A stretch of DNA of 64,000 nt from Selaginella moellendorffii (lineage: Eukaryota > Plantae > Lycopodiophyta), in NCBI RefSeq assembly GCF_000143415.4, contig NW_003314261.1, forward strand, positions 2,429,266 through 2,493,265, written 5' to 3'. Positions 13,689 to 25,014 of this stretch are shown here, piece by piece. How positions within the stretch are numbered: the stretch's first letter is position 1; the number at the start of each line of letters is the position of its first letter. Below the pieces are notes generated by a model. It was not told where the DNA came from and did no database searches. It was given only the letters and a program-made list of their open reading frames with translations. The translations under genes were made by a program, and so were the position numbers.

Positions 13689-14489
13689 TCTCCCTCACCC
13701 ATACACACACCTGAGCCCCAAAATCCTGCCCCTACTGCGCACATATCTCTCCGGAATCGTGCTCCAGCAGCATTACCAGCAGCGCTGCTCGATCTGCCAC
13801 GCGCAAACCCTTGCGCGATTGGAATCTTTTCCCAGATCAATCGGTGGAACCAAACCCTCACCTCGGACGCTGCGATCTTTCTTTCTCGCCAGCCAGATCC
13901 TAGCCGAGGATTTCACGCCCGGTGCGGCAGATCCCTCGCCGCTCCTCCCGATCGATCGCACTCCCGCAATGCCGCGCCCCGGACGGAAACCCCCGTCCCT
14001 GTCTTGCCTCTCTCTCAAACCCTACCCTAGAGCCAAGCAAGGGACTTTCTTTGGGTTTTCTCATTTGTGGCACACTGCTACCTATTATCCACATACATTG
14101 TGAGAACAGCGCGATTGCGCCCCACCCTCACACGCGTGGTCCGCCGCTGCTGTGCACCAATCGCGCGGTTTGGCACGGATTAACACTAACTTTTGTTACC
14201 GCCCTGACCCGGTTGACGGCGCGAAAAATGGGCGGCCAGGATCCGCTCTCGTCGACGTAACTTCCCGCCCGTGGATCACCGTTGTAACGGCCAGGATGGG
14301 AGAAATCTCTATCCATCAATTCCCACGCGTGTGGCATCTTTTGCCCGTTCGATGCAGCGCTGACCTCTGTTGACTAGGGCTCTCAGTTCCACCGTCCAGA
14401 ATAGAATGTTTATCAGTCAATGGTCAATGGCTCTTCGGGATTTAAACTTTGTAATCAATCTACCGAGAAGCTAGGGCATTTCTTTATTC

Positions 14490-15849
14490 ATGAAGAGAGC
14501 GTCGAGCAATCTCGTGAGGAAAATCTCGTCGGCGGTGGAATGGAGCACTCTCGTCGATGGCCAGAATAGAGTGACCGGCGCCTCGCTCACTCTGATCCGC
14601 GAGCGTGCGCATCTCAAGGTAAGCATTGGATCGATTGAATAGATCGATATTTCGATATGTTGTGATCTCTCTTTCGTTCTACCAGGCCGAGCAAGTTCGT
14701 GCTGCCGGCGGTGCTAAAGCCACATCGTGCCTGCTGGGAGTCCCTCTTGGTCACAATTCTTCCTTCTTGCAAGGTCCCGCATTTGCCCCTCCTCGCATTC
14801 GCGAGGCTATCTGGTGTGGTAGTACGAACTCCACCACCGAGGCAGGTACTTTGTTTTGGGATTGAGCTCTCGCTCGAAACCCATATGTGCTCAACATCCC
14901 TTTTTATTTTCTGTACAGGCAAGGAGCTTGCGGACATTCGGATCTTGACGGATGTAGGGGACGTCCAAATCCAAGAGATGCGAAGTTGCGGTGTGGAAGA
15001 CGAAGCTCTGATGCAAATCATCAGTGATTCTGTCAAGCTCGTCATGGACCAGGTATCTTCGCATATCTTTGCTCTCTTTGAAGTTTCCAACAAAGCACAG
15101 ACTAGAGCACGACTATTAACCCTTTTTTTCCCTTGATTTTGGCAGCCCCCACTGACGCCTTTGATTCTGGGAGGCGATCATTCCATCTCGTATCCCGTGG
15201 TGCGTGCTGTTACAGAGCATCTCGGCGGTCCTGTCGACGTGTTACATTTGGATGCTCATCCGGATATCTATCACGCTTTCGAAGGAAACAAGTTCTCTCA
15301 CGCATCCTCGTTTGCGAGAATCATGGAGGGTGGCCATGCAAGGCGGCTACTACAGGTGTGACGATGTTGGTTCTATCCTCTCTCCCGACTATTAAAATCT
15401 GTGGATGGTGACTTTTTTTGTTCCAGGTTGGACTACGATCGATAAACAAAGAAGGGAGAGACCAGGGCCAAAAGTATGGAGTCGAGCAGTACGAAATGAG
15501 ACACTTCAGCAAGGACAAAGAAAAGCTTCAAAATCTGGTAATTTGATAGCTTGCTCTAGCAAGTAGTGACTGTTTGCTGCTTTCTCAGAAACTTGGTGAG
15601 GGCGTGAAAGGAGTCTATATCTCGATCGACGTCGACTGCCTGGATCCGGCTTTTGCTCCCGGCGTCTCCCACATCGAGCCCGGCGGCCTTTCTTTCCGAG
15701 ACGTGATGGACATCGTCCAGAACCTCGAAGGCAACATTGTTGGCGCGGACGTTGTCGAGTTTAATCCACAGCGGGACACTGTCGACGGGATGACCGCAAT
15801 GGTCGCAGCCAAGCTCGTCCGCGAGCTCACAGCCAAGATGTCCAAGTAA
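14490..15849 (+). CDS. ARGAH: Arginase (plant ureohydrolase), multi-exon
   Basis: GGDHSIS, LDAHPD, SIDVDCLDPAFAPG Mn-binding motifs; ends RELTAKMSK. Confidence 0.95.
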
Positions 15850-15855
15850 AGCTCC

Positions 15856-18567
15856 TTACCAGTAATCTCCGCACGAGCAAGATCCATCTACGAAGTGGTG
15901 AAACCGGTGTGTGTCTCTCACCACGATCTCTTTGTTCACTATTTTGGATATAAACTTGGTTGCGTTGTGACAGTCCTCGCAGACTCGAAGGTTTTTCATC
16001 ACTCTCACCGTGTCAGTGGAAGAGCTCATCACTCCCAGAGCGATGGCGAGCCTCTCGCTGTGCTGGCACAACAGCCGCTCCTTCTCGGCCTCGTCCACCT
16101 TTCTCAGAACAAGCCTCGTGTCCGGGACGTAGCCGATCTCTCGAATCTCCGCGTGAAGCCGCTCGAGCTCCCGGTAAATCTCCTCGCTCCTGGGATGAGA
16201 CCGATCACCTGCGACGAACTCGTGGACCCGGCTCTTGATCTCGATCCAGCTCTTCCCGGCCTCCTTCCTCAGTCCTCTCGACTCCATCTCGGTTCTAACT
16301 TCCGCGGCCTCGTCCCATTTTCCAGCTCCGGCAAGGATGTTGGACAGGACGACGTAGGCACTCTCATCACCAGGATCCAGCTCTCGGACCATCGAGTTTG
16401 CAAGCCGGCCTCGATCGACATCGCGGTACTTCCGGCAAGCTCCGAGCAGCGTCTTCCACACCAGGACAGTGGGCTTCACGTCCATGCATCGTATCAACTC
16501 CTCGGCGTCCGCGAGCCAGCCAGCCCGTCCCAGCACGTCTACGGCACAGGCGTAGTGATCTTCGCTGGGGGCGATGCCATAGCTCTGCCTCATCGACCGG
16601 AAGATCTCCCAGCCTTCGTCCGCGAGACCCCCGTGGCTGCAAGCTGACAGCACGCTCACGAAGCTCTGCTCGTCCGGCCGGGATCCCTCCTGCTGCATCC
16701 TCCAGAAGAGCTTGAGCGCTTCTCCGGCGAGCCCGTTCTGGGAGTACGCAGCGATCATCGCGTTGAAGATCACCACGTCCCGCTCCACCGCCACCTTTTC
16801 GAAGATCTCCCTGGCGGACTCGAGGCTCCCGCAGCGTCCATACATGCTGGCCAGCGCAGTGGCGACGAAGAGGTTGGACTCCATGCCCGAGTGGCGGAGG
16901 TGGTCGTGGACGATCTCTCCTTCCGTCAGTGCGGCAGCGCCAGCGCAGGCATCCAGCACCGCGACGCAGGTGATCTGGTTTGGAGCCACGCCGTGGAGAT
17001 CCATCCTCCGGAAGAAGCCGAGCGCGCGCTTGCCGTGGCCGTGCTGGGACAAGCTCGAGATGATCGCGTTCCAGGACACAACGTCGTGACGATCCTCCAT
17101 CGCTCCTCGCTGGAATGACGCTGCCGCCTCGTCGATCGCTCCACAGCTCGCGTACATCTTCACCACCGCGGTTCCAATCGCAGGCTCCGAGGCGTAGCCG
17201 CAGGAGACGATACGGGAGTGGAGCTTCCTCCCTTCGGCCATCGCTCGAGCTTCTTCCGGATTGCTGGCCACCGCCTCGAGCAAGTTGAGGTACGTCGCTC
17301 GGACCGGCGCCATTCCCTCGAGCTGCATCCTCTGGAACAGCTCGACCGCTCGTTTCATCTGACCCTTCTGCGAGCTTCCAGCGATCATCGTGTTCCAGGA
17401 CACCGCGTTGCAAGGGATCCTCTTGAAGAGATGGCGAGCTTCCTCCGGCGATCCACACCGCGTGTACATGTCCAGCAGCGCGTTCCCGAGGACGATATCT
17501 CGATCCAGCCCCTTTTCCAGCGCGCAGCCGTGGATCATCCTTCCAAATCGCAAGCTCGAGCAGCCGGTGCTGGCATTGACGAGCGTGACTTTGCTTGGCG
17601 AGATCCCCTCGTGGAGCATCCTCGCGAAGAGAAGCGCTGCCTCGGACATATGCCCGTGCTGGGCATACGCCCCCAGCATCGCGTTCCACGACACCACGTC
17701 CCTCTCGGCAGCTCGATCGAAGACCTCCTTTGCTTGATACAGATGCCCGAGCCGCGCATACGCGCTCGCGAGAGCCGTGCTCACCACAAGCGTTTGTTCC
17801 AGTCCACTCTCCCGGACAATGAAATGGATCGCCTGGGCTTGCCGAATCGTCGCGCAGACGGTGAGGGCGATGACGAGAGTGATCCTCGCGGGCCTCACGC
17901 CCTCGAGCTGCATTCTCTGGAAGAGCTCCAGCGCTATGCCCAAATCCCCGCTCTGGGCATTTGCTGCGATTGCCGCGTTCCACGATACTAAATCTCTCTC
18001 CATTTTCTCGAAGAGAAGCATCGCACTCGCAACGCAGCCGCAAGAACCATAGATGTGGAGGAGGAGATTGGCGAGCACCGATTTGCCCTTTAGGCCGCTT
18101 TCCACGATCCAGGCGTGGATGCTTCGCCCCTGCGAGAGATCCCCGAGCCTGGCGCACGCCTTGAGCACCGCGAGGAACGTGACGGCGTCGCATCGCACGC
18201 CTTCCTGCTGCATCCGGTGGAACATCCCGATCGCGCGCTTGGCCTGGCCGTGCTCTGTGTAGGCGGTGATGATCGTCGTCCAGGATGCCTCGTCCCTGAC
18301 CTCCAATCTAGAAAAGACCTCCTCGACGTCGCCCAGGCTCTCGCATTTGAGATAGAGACGCAGGAGATGGTTGCCCAGCTCCTCCTCGAGGCCGAGGCTG
18401 ACAATGCGCGCGTGGATCCTCCGGCCCTGCGAGAGCAATCGATCATCACCGGCGGCGCGAAGGAGGCGGACGAGATGCGCGGGCCTGGTCGCGCCGCTGC
18501 TACTGGAGGGCAAATCGGCCGCGGGGGCTGGCGCTGCTGCGCCAAGGCCCTGGCAGCACCGAGCCAT
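15856..18567 (-). CDS. PLS-class PPR protein with E and DYW deaminase domains (organellar C-to-U editing factor), intronless
   Basis: PLS repeats (VSWN..I), HSERLA and CEDCH zinc ligands, C-terminal CSCGDYW. Confidence 0.97.
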   Translation of the reverse strand: MARCCQGLGAAAPAPAADLPSSSSGATRPAHLVRLLRAAGDDRLLSQGRRIHARIVSLGLEEELGNHLLRLYLKCESLGDVEEVFSRLEVRDEASWTTIITAYTEHGQAKRAIGMFHRMQQEGVRCDAVTFLAVLKACARLGDLSQGRSIHAWIVESGLKGKSVLANLLLHIYGSCGCVASAMLLFEKMERDLVSWNAAIAANAQSGDLGIALELFQRMQLEGVRPARITLVIALTVCATIRQAQAIHFIVRESGLEQTLVVSTALASAYARLGHLYQAKEVFDRAAERDVVSWNAMLGAYAQHGHMSEAALLFARMLHEGISPSKVTLVNASTGCSSLRFGRMIHGCALEKGLDRDIVLGNALLDMYTRCGSPEEARHLFKRIPCNAVSWNTMIAGSSQKGQMKRAVELFQRMQLEGMAPVRATYLNLLEAVASNPEEARAMAEGRKLHSRIVSCGYASEPAIGTAVVKMYASCGAIDEAAASFQRGAMEDRHDVVSWNAIISSLSQHGHGKRALGFFRRMDLHGVAPNQITCVAVLDACAGAAALTEGEIVHDHLRHSGMESNLFVATALASMYGRCGSLESAREIFEKVAVERDVVIFNAMIAAYSQNGLAGEALKLFWRMQQEGSRPDEQSFVSVLSACSHGGLADEGWEIFRSMRQSYGIAPSEDHYACAVDVLGRAGWLADAEELIRCMDVKPTVLVWKTLLGACRKYRDVDRGRLANSMVRELDPGDESAYVVLSNILAGAGKWDEAAEVRTEMESRGLRKEAGKSWIEIKSRVHEFVAGDRSHPRSEEIYRELERLHAEIREIGYVPDTRLVLRKVDEAEKERLLCQHSERLAIALGVMSSSTDTVRVMKNLRVCEDCHNATKFISKIVNKEIVVRDTHRFHHFVDGSCSCGDYW

Positions 18568-18672
18568 AAACCCTAATTGGCGCCAAAAAATTTAAAATTT
18601 GAATTAGCCCTAAGCGTGGGGTTATATGTGGATATTGAGAATGCGGATATTCTCTCCATTGGCGATAGGACG

Positions 18673-19849
18673 ATGCCTATCTTGCTACATTCCTCGCCTT
18701 GCTCGAGCAGAGGTAGTGGTGGCTCTCAAATTTCTTTGAGGGCTTTGGATGGCTTTCACAATCTCGCCAAGTTTGAGCCGAAAAGGAGCAGTGGCAAGCG
18801 CATTGTTTGCCAGGGCGAGCAGCAGACTAGGCGTGTGCTGGTTTTGGAAACAATCTCAATTGCGGGTAAGTTTGTGGTAAAATTCCCGTAAAATCTCTCT
18901 CAACTTCTTCCAGATTTGCCACTGTTTCCTTTCCAATGGTTTATATTTTGTGGTTTGTGTGATCAAATGTAGGAGCTACAATGTTGGCTGCGGGGAATGC
19001 CAATGCAATATCAAGCAGCCGGAGAGCAGTATTTATGCATTTGGAAAATTCGTAGAGTGCATTACAATTGTGTGTATATACAGTTGAGGTCGGAGCAAGT
19101 TCCTGAGAGCGATTATACAACACTTCCAAATGGACTCAAGTAAGCACTTTTCTCTATCTTTTTGCTGAAAAACCTGAAATTTTGCCAAAGGTATTATGAT
19201 GTAAAAGTTGGAGGCGGGAATCCTGCGGTTAAAGGATCACGAGTTGCGGTAAAATGATAAAAAAAATCGAGATTTTTATTTACCTTGTGTGATTATCTTT
19301 TCCCAGATCCATTATGTTGCCAAATGGAAGGGAATAACATTCATGACTAGTCGTCAAGGAATGGGTGTTACAGGTGGAACGGTACAGAGTATTATTTATC
19401 TAAAACCTTGATAACTCTCATGTTTTATATTTTCTTTTTGTGCAGCCCTATGGTTTTGATGTTGGATCATCTGACCAGGGACTAGTGCTTAAAGGCCTTG
19501 ATTTGGGAGTCCAAGGAATGAGAGTTGGAGGAGTGGTACTAGTATTTTACCACAAATTTCTCAAATGATTTTACTTTGCCTTCTGTTGCTTAGCGCTTGC
19601 TTATTGTTCCACCTGAACTAGCCTATGGAGACAAAGGAATTCAGGAGATTCCTCCAAATGCAACACTCAAGGTAGAAAAACTTTTATCTTGCTTTTAATC
19701 TATATTCTTTTTAAATCATTTTTCTGATCCAGTTTAATGTTGAGCTTTTAAGCATTAAGCAATCTCCTTTTGGGTAAGTACTGTGAGTTTTTAAAAAAAT
19801 TTAATTTTTTTTAATATACAGCACTGGTGTCAAAATTATCGAGGGGTGA
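18673..19849 (+). CDS. FKBP19: Thylakoid-lumen FKBP-type peptidyl-prolyl isomerase (FKBP19-like), multi-exon
   Basis: Exons LPNGLKYYDVKVG, HYVAKWKGITFMTSRQGMGV, PYGFDVG, LKGLDLGVQGMRVGG, PPELAYG, ends VKIIEG. Confidence 0.85.
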
Positions 19850-20178
19850 TTTTATAACAAATTATTTATTCATTAAGAACATTGAATTATTTATATAAAT
19901 ATGTACTTTGTATCAATTTATATAATTTTAAGCTTCCGGTTCAACAACCTTCACACAGTTAGCTTCTTGAGTAGAGTCATTATCTGCTTCGTCGTCGTGT
20001 TTCACAATGCCAACATTAATTTCTAATTTATGTATGTAATTTTTTAATAGCATTGATGATTTGATGAAATACCAAAGGTTATCAATGATAGTCTGGTGCA
20101 ATGGTTTATATACTTAATATAATATAAATATAGTTTTTATTTCTTTTTAAATAAGTATAATTTTGGGTTATTTCACAC

Positions 20179-20352
20179 TGTGAGTGCATGGAATATGGAA
20201 AGGGAATACAGAAATGTGCATATCAATTAACCCAAAAACCCTAGCTTATATACAGGAGCGAGTGGTCCGGATTGAAACCAATCCGACGGCTACCAAAATC
20301 CACTACGCTAATATTAGTATACGGCATCGTAGCCGTACACTTGGCCCTCACA
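20179..20352 (-). repeat. 3' LTR (174 bp)
   Basis: TGTGAG...CTCACA inverted termini; identical by eye to 25015-25188. Confidence 0.97.
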
Positions 20353-20367
20353 TCATCCCCTCCTCTC
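20353..20367 (-). other. Polypurine tract
   Basis: Minus-strand GAGAGGAGGGGATGA directly before the 3' LTR. Confidence 0.85.
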
Positions 20368-20384
20368 GGAATAATGGAAGGCCG

Positions 20385-23300
20385 TCAGGGTTCTCTTGTA
20401 GATGGGCCGGGATCTGGAGGAACGTCAGGAGGAGGCATCGGTGGATCTGTAGACGGTATTAACTGCTCCTGATCCCTCTGTATGAAGCGTTTTAACCGCT
20501 GCACATGCACAATCTCCGGAGGATCAGCCTGCTGAACGTCATGCCGAACCTCATAAACTTGTGGTCCAACTTGCCGCAACACCCGATACGGTCCTTTCCA
20601 CTGCGCAAGGAGCCCCTTAGATAAACCACGCACCGTAAGATGGGGAAAACGGACTAACACCAAATCATCCACTTTGTACTCCGCTGGTGGACGATGATGG
20701 GAATTGTAGCGCCGTTGTTGTCCCACTTGTACGCGGCCTAAGTGTTCAGCAGACTCTGCTCGGACAAGTGGAAGAATGCTTGTCAAATATTGATCCCATG
20801 ACCTAGCATCAGGAGCTCGTGGCAATCGCGAAGGTAAACCTAGCTCTGTTGGTAATATTGGATCATGACCATATAGAAGTTTATATGGTGAAGCACCAAC
20901 AGAACTCTGCACCCCTGTGACATAAGCATACGAAGAGACGGCAAATAACCATCCCAATCCGAATGTTGAAAGTTCACATACTTCACAATCATCCCTTTGA
21001 ATGTCCGAACGAGCCGTTCCACCAGACCGTCTGATTGTGAATGATAAGCACTCGTAAAAGTGTGGCGTATCCCCAACCGAGATGTCAAAACATGAAATAC
21101 CTCAGCCATAAATGCAGGACCATTATCCGAAAGAATCCGTTCTGGACAAGAATGCTGGAACACCACTCGATTGAGGAGGAAGTATCCAACAGCAGTTGCA
21201 GAGGCACTAGCAAGAGCACCAACTTCCACCCAACGAGTCAAGTAGTCAGAAGCAATAATAACATACTCATTGCCAGCAGTAGATCGCGGAAAAGGTCCCA
21301 TAAGATCAAACGCCACCAACTCAAACGGACGAGAAACTGCAATTGACTCCAACCGTCCTTCCGCAGCACAAGGGGGAGTATTACGAGCTTGGCACCAAAC
21401 GCAGCTACGCACATACCGGATAATATCACGTCGCATCTCTGGCCAATAGAAAGATCTGCGCAACTTCTCGGTGATACGACGGTGTCCCATATGCCCACCT
21501 AGAATAGGAGAATCATGGTAGGCATGGAGAAACCGCGGAATAAACACCGAAGGCACCACCAGCCGTAAATGAGCATCAGGATCCGTCCCCACAAAATAAA
21601 GAAGGCCATCTTCAAGGCGATATTGAGAATGTAAATGCCGAAAAGGCAAGTCATCAGCAAGTGATGCAGGATTCTCAAACCCATCTCGAAGCCTTCGAAT
21701 CCACGGCTCAATCTTTTGAGCCTCGCGAACCTCATCCAGAGAAGGTAGATCTTGCTCTACGCCCTGTGGACACTGAACGTCAAGGACAGCAACCGCCGAC
21801 GGCACAGAATCCTCATCTAGAAAATCCACAGATGCTGGAACAACAGGTTCATCAGAAACATGAGAAGTGAGTGGAGAAGGAAGAGGAGCTCGAGAAAGGG
21901 CATCAGCATCAGCCATAGAACTCCCTGGGCGATGAACAACATCGAAATCATATATCTGAAGCTTCAAAGCCCATCGAGCCGTACGACCAACCAGGTTCTT
22001 CCGCTTCAATAATGAAGTAACAGCAGCATGGTCACCTTCAAGTAACGTCCGAGAACCATGTAGATAGGCATGAAGTTTCTCGAAACCCCAGACTGCTGCT
22101 AAACACTCTTTCTCCGTCGTGGAGTAGTTCATCTCCGCTGGTTGTAATGTACGGCTTATGTATGCAATGGGATGGCGCTGACCAGGCACACTCGAGCTCT
22201 CTTGCATCAACACACCTCCAAGACCAATGTCAGAAGCATCCACGCGCAAAATAAAAGGTCGAGTGTAGTCAGGATATGCCAAAACCGGAGGAGTCGTCAA
22301 TAGCTCTTTGAGATTCACGAACGCCCGCTCACAATCGGGAGACCAGATGAAAGATGACGTTGATGACTTCAGCAACGCTCGCAATGGTAAAGTGCGATCG
22401 GAAAGATGATCCACAAAACGACCGAGATACTGCACCTTACCCAAAAAGCGCTGCACATCATTCACACACTTCGGAGTAGGGAACTTTAGAACAGCCACAA
22501 GTTTGTCAGGATCAACTTGCAAACCCTCACGAGAAATACGGTACCCAAGATAAGTTGTGTCCTTGGACCCAAACACACACTTCGACCGCTTCAGCTTTAA
22601 ACCAACGTCGCGTAGCCGATCCAACACTTTACAAACATCACGAACATGCTCCTCCCACGTCCCCTCCGAGTGGATCAAGACATCATCAATGAAGTCAGCC
22701 GTCACCTCTGGCATATCGCAAAGAACCTCGTCCATCATTCGCTGAAAAGTTGCTGGAGCATTGTTCAAACCAAACGGCATCACCAAAAACTCGTACAAAC
22801 CAAATGGTGTACGAAAAGCAGTCTTAGGAATATCGTCTTCAGCCATCGGTACTTGCCAATACCCAGAAGCAAGATCTAGCTTGGTGAACCAACGACTTCG
22901 CCCCAGACGATCCAAGAGATCAGCAGTGTGAGGAAGAGGGTACACGTCCGGGATCGTCACTTCATTTAATGGACGATAGTCGATGCAGAAACGAATACTC
23001 CCATCAGGCTTCGTCACAAGATGAGGTTCACATGCCCAAGGACTCCGCGACTTCCGAATAACACCCTTCTCCAACATCTCCTTGACGTTTGCACGTAAAA
23101 TCTTGATCTCCTTGGGTGACCGACGACGAACAGGAACCTTGATTGGACGAGCATCCCCGGTTGGAATGGGATGACGTGTGGCAATCTTGGCCCCAGACGA
23201 TAGGTCAAATTCAAAGAGATCAGAATACTCCTTCATGAGCTGATCAACAGCTGCAACACAAAGATCATCGGAGGGATCGGAAAAGGGAAGAGCAGAACAA

Positions 23301-23872
23301 GATGGAAACACAAGAGGAAATAATGGGGGAACAAAAGTAATGGAAGCAGAGGTAGAAGTAGAGGGACGAAGAGGTACAGAAGTGAGAGGAATGGATGAAA
23401 CATAAGGAAGTATGAGACAAGGGGGAAAAGCCTCAAAGTCACACTTGGCATGATTGTGCTGCAACCAATCCATACCAAGAATGAGGTCAAAAGCTTGACT
23501 CGGCACCACCCGCAACGACTGCAACTCAAGCTCGAGATCGCCCACACGCACAACCAGGTCCGCCTCATCTCGTGCACATGCATGTGTACGGCCGTTGCCA
23601 TAAAGAATGAAAACTGGATCCGCCGCACGACGCAAGTGTAGACGACAACGTGTGGCAACAGGTCGAGCAATAGAAGATAAACTCGAACCTGTATCAACCA
23701 ACACGGAGAGAAGAATAGGAGACCTCTTGTTATAAAAACGAGCTTGGAAAGTAAACACTGGATGAACTGGTGCCGAGTGAACCCCTTGATGATACTCCCG
23801 AAAGAAAGATGGAGGGGTCACTAACTTATTCGCGCAAGGTCCCTCCATTACTCGCGCGACTCCTCGTTTCCC
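20385..23872 (-). CDS. pol: Pol polyprotein (protease, RT, RNase H, integrase), interrupted by a 1-nt frameshift near 20930
   Basis: LVDTGS protease; FTKLDLASGYWQ, MPFGL.NAP and FIDDVLI in RT; VDASD RNase H; HHCC and DLMGP/SDNG/VER integrase; GPY motif lies in the shifted frame 20385-20957. Confidence 0.93.
23809..23872 (-). promoter_or_regulatory. -1 programmed ribosomal frameshift signal (G GGA AAC plus H-type pseudoknot)
   Basis: Slippery heptamer in the gag frame 23872-23866; 6-nt spacer; 9-bp stem 1; 8-bp stem 2; pol is in the -1 frame. Confidence 0.88.
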
Positions 23873-24780
23873 GAATGCACCTCGGTATCCAAACCTTCCA
23901 CCGCAGCAGCACCAACGGGACGTTGCTGACGCCAAGGTCTCCACCCAGGAAATGGAGGTCGCCAATCCGGAAAGCGCCGACAACGCCGATAAGTATGACC
24001 AACTTCATCACACGCCCAGCAACGAATGTCACGGCCACGACCACGTCCTCGCCCTTGTCCTTGGACTCGAGTAGCAGCAGCATCAACCTCCATGGGAACA
24101 GGACCATCATTCATAGGAAGTGGAGCTGAAGGACGTGTAGCAAGAAGTGGAAGAGGCGACGTCTCATAACGTTGTGCCAAGCGAAGAGCATCGTCAAGAG
24201 TGGCAGGAGCAAGTGCATGCACAAGTCCGACAAGATCTTGACGAAGTGCTGGCCACAGCATTCCTAGCTTGATCCGCTCCGACATATTTGGCTCCGCACG
24301 AAGCAAAAGACTTCGGAAACGAACGCCAAATTGCATCACCGACTCAGATGGCCCTTGGCGAAGACGATGCAATTGTTGGAAGGCATCATCACAATCGTCG
24401 GCGTGTCCGAAGGCGCGTTTGAAGACGTCCGGAAGAACACTCCAATCGCCACGAGTAGCTGCGCTCAATCCATTGTACCACTGCAATGCCGTCCCTTGAA
24501 GACATGTGGGGAACTCACGCAAACGCCGAGCATCATCCCAAGAATGATATGTGGCAATCACCGTGAAGTGATCGAACCAATGGTACACATCATCCCCAGG
24601 ATTCCCACGAAAGAACTCCGGCCGAACGCGAGGATTGGCACCAAAAGCAGGAGGAGTTGTACCATGTGCCGTGAACGCCGCCATCAACTGAGTTTGGTTG
24701 TTCAATTGCAGGCGCATAGCATCAAGCAATTGAACCAACTGCTGCTCTAGAGTCAAAGGAGGAGATTGCGGATCGGCCAT
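23848..24780 (-). CDS. gag: Gag polyprotein
   Basis: Capsid-like PEFFRG..W, LRQGPSESV motif, PVPMEVD, CCHC zinc knuckle CWACDEVGHTYRRC. Confidence 0.93.
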   Translation of the reverse strand: MADPQSPPLTLEQQLVQLLDAMRLQLNNQTQLMAAFTAHGTTPPAFGANPRVRPEFFRGNPGDDVYHWFDHFTVIATYHSWDDARRLREFPTCLQGTALQWYNGLSAATRGDWSVLPDVFKRAFGHADDCDDAFQQLHRLRQGPSESVMQFGVRFRSLLLRAEPNMSERIKLGMLWPALRQDLVGLVHALAPATLDDALRLAQRYETSPLPLLATRPSAPLPMNDGPVPMEVDAAATRVQGQGRGRGRGRDIRCWACDEVGHTYRRCRRFPDWRPPFPGWRPWRQQRPVGAAAVEGLDTEVHSGNEESRE

Positions 24781-24997
24781 GAAAATGAATGAGAAAGAAA
24801 GAGCAAAAGAAGAGAAATGACAAAAAAGCTAGAAAGAAATGGTAGATCTAGACAATGCAAAAAGCTAGATCTAAACCAAAATCCTGAAAGGAAAGAACAA
24901 AAGAAAGGAAATGGAAAAAGCTAGATCTAGACAATGCAAAAGCTAGATCTAAACCAAAATCCCAAATCCAAGCACTCTCCAGGGACAATCAAAGGTG

Positions 24998-25013
24998 CCC
25001 CTCACCTCCACCA
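24998..25013 (-). other. Primer binding site, tRNA-Ala-like
   Basis: Minus-strand TGGTGGAGGTGAGGGG 1 nt after the 5' LTR; complementary to a ...CUCCACCA tRNA 3' end. Confidence 0.7.
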
Positions 25014-25014
25014 A

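Noticed and set aside
13193-14103. Long plus-strand ORFs antisense to the first exon of the kinase
   Set aside because: GC-rich low-complexity shadow of the kinase N-terminus and 5' UTR
16367-18193. 608-aa alternative-frame ORF and several antisense ORFs over the DYW-PPR gene
   Set aside because: Arg/Gly/Ala-rich shadow ORFs expected from high GC3 coding sequence; no recognisable domains
20184-20462. ORF beginning in the LTRs (also 25020-25220)
   Set aside because: Appears twice only because the LTRs are identical; no coding signature
23873-23983. Independent start of the 1047-aa pol ORF
   Set aside because: Non-ATG start overlapping gag; better explained by entry through the -1 frameshift at 23872-23866
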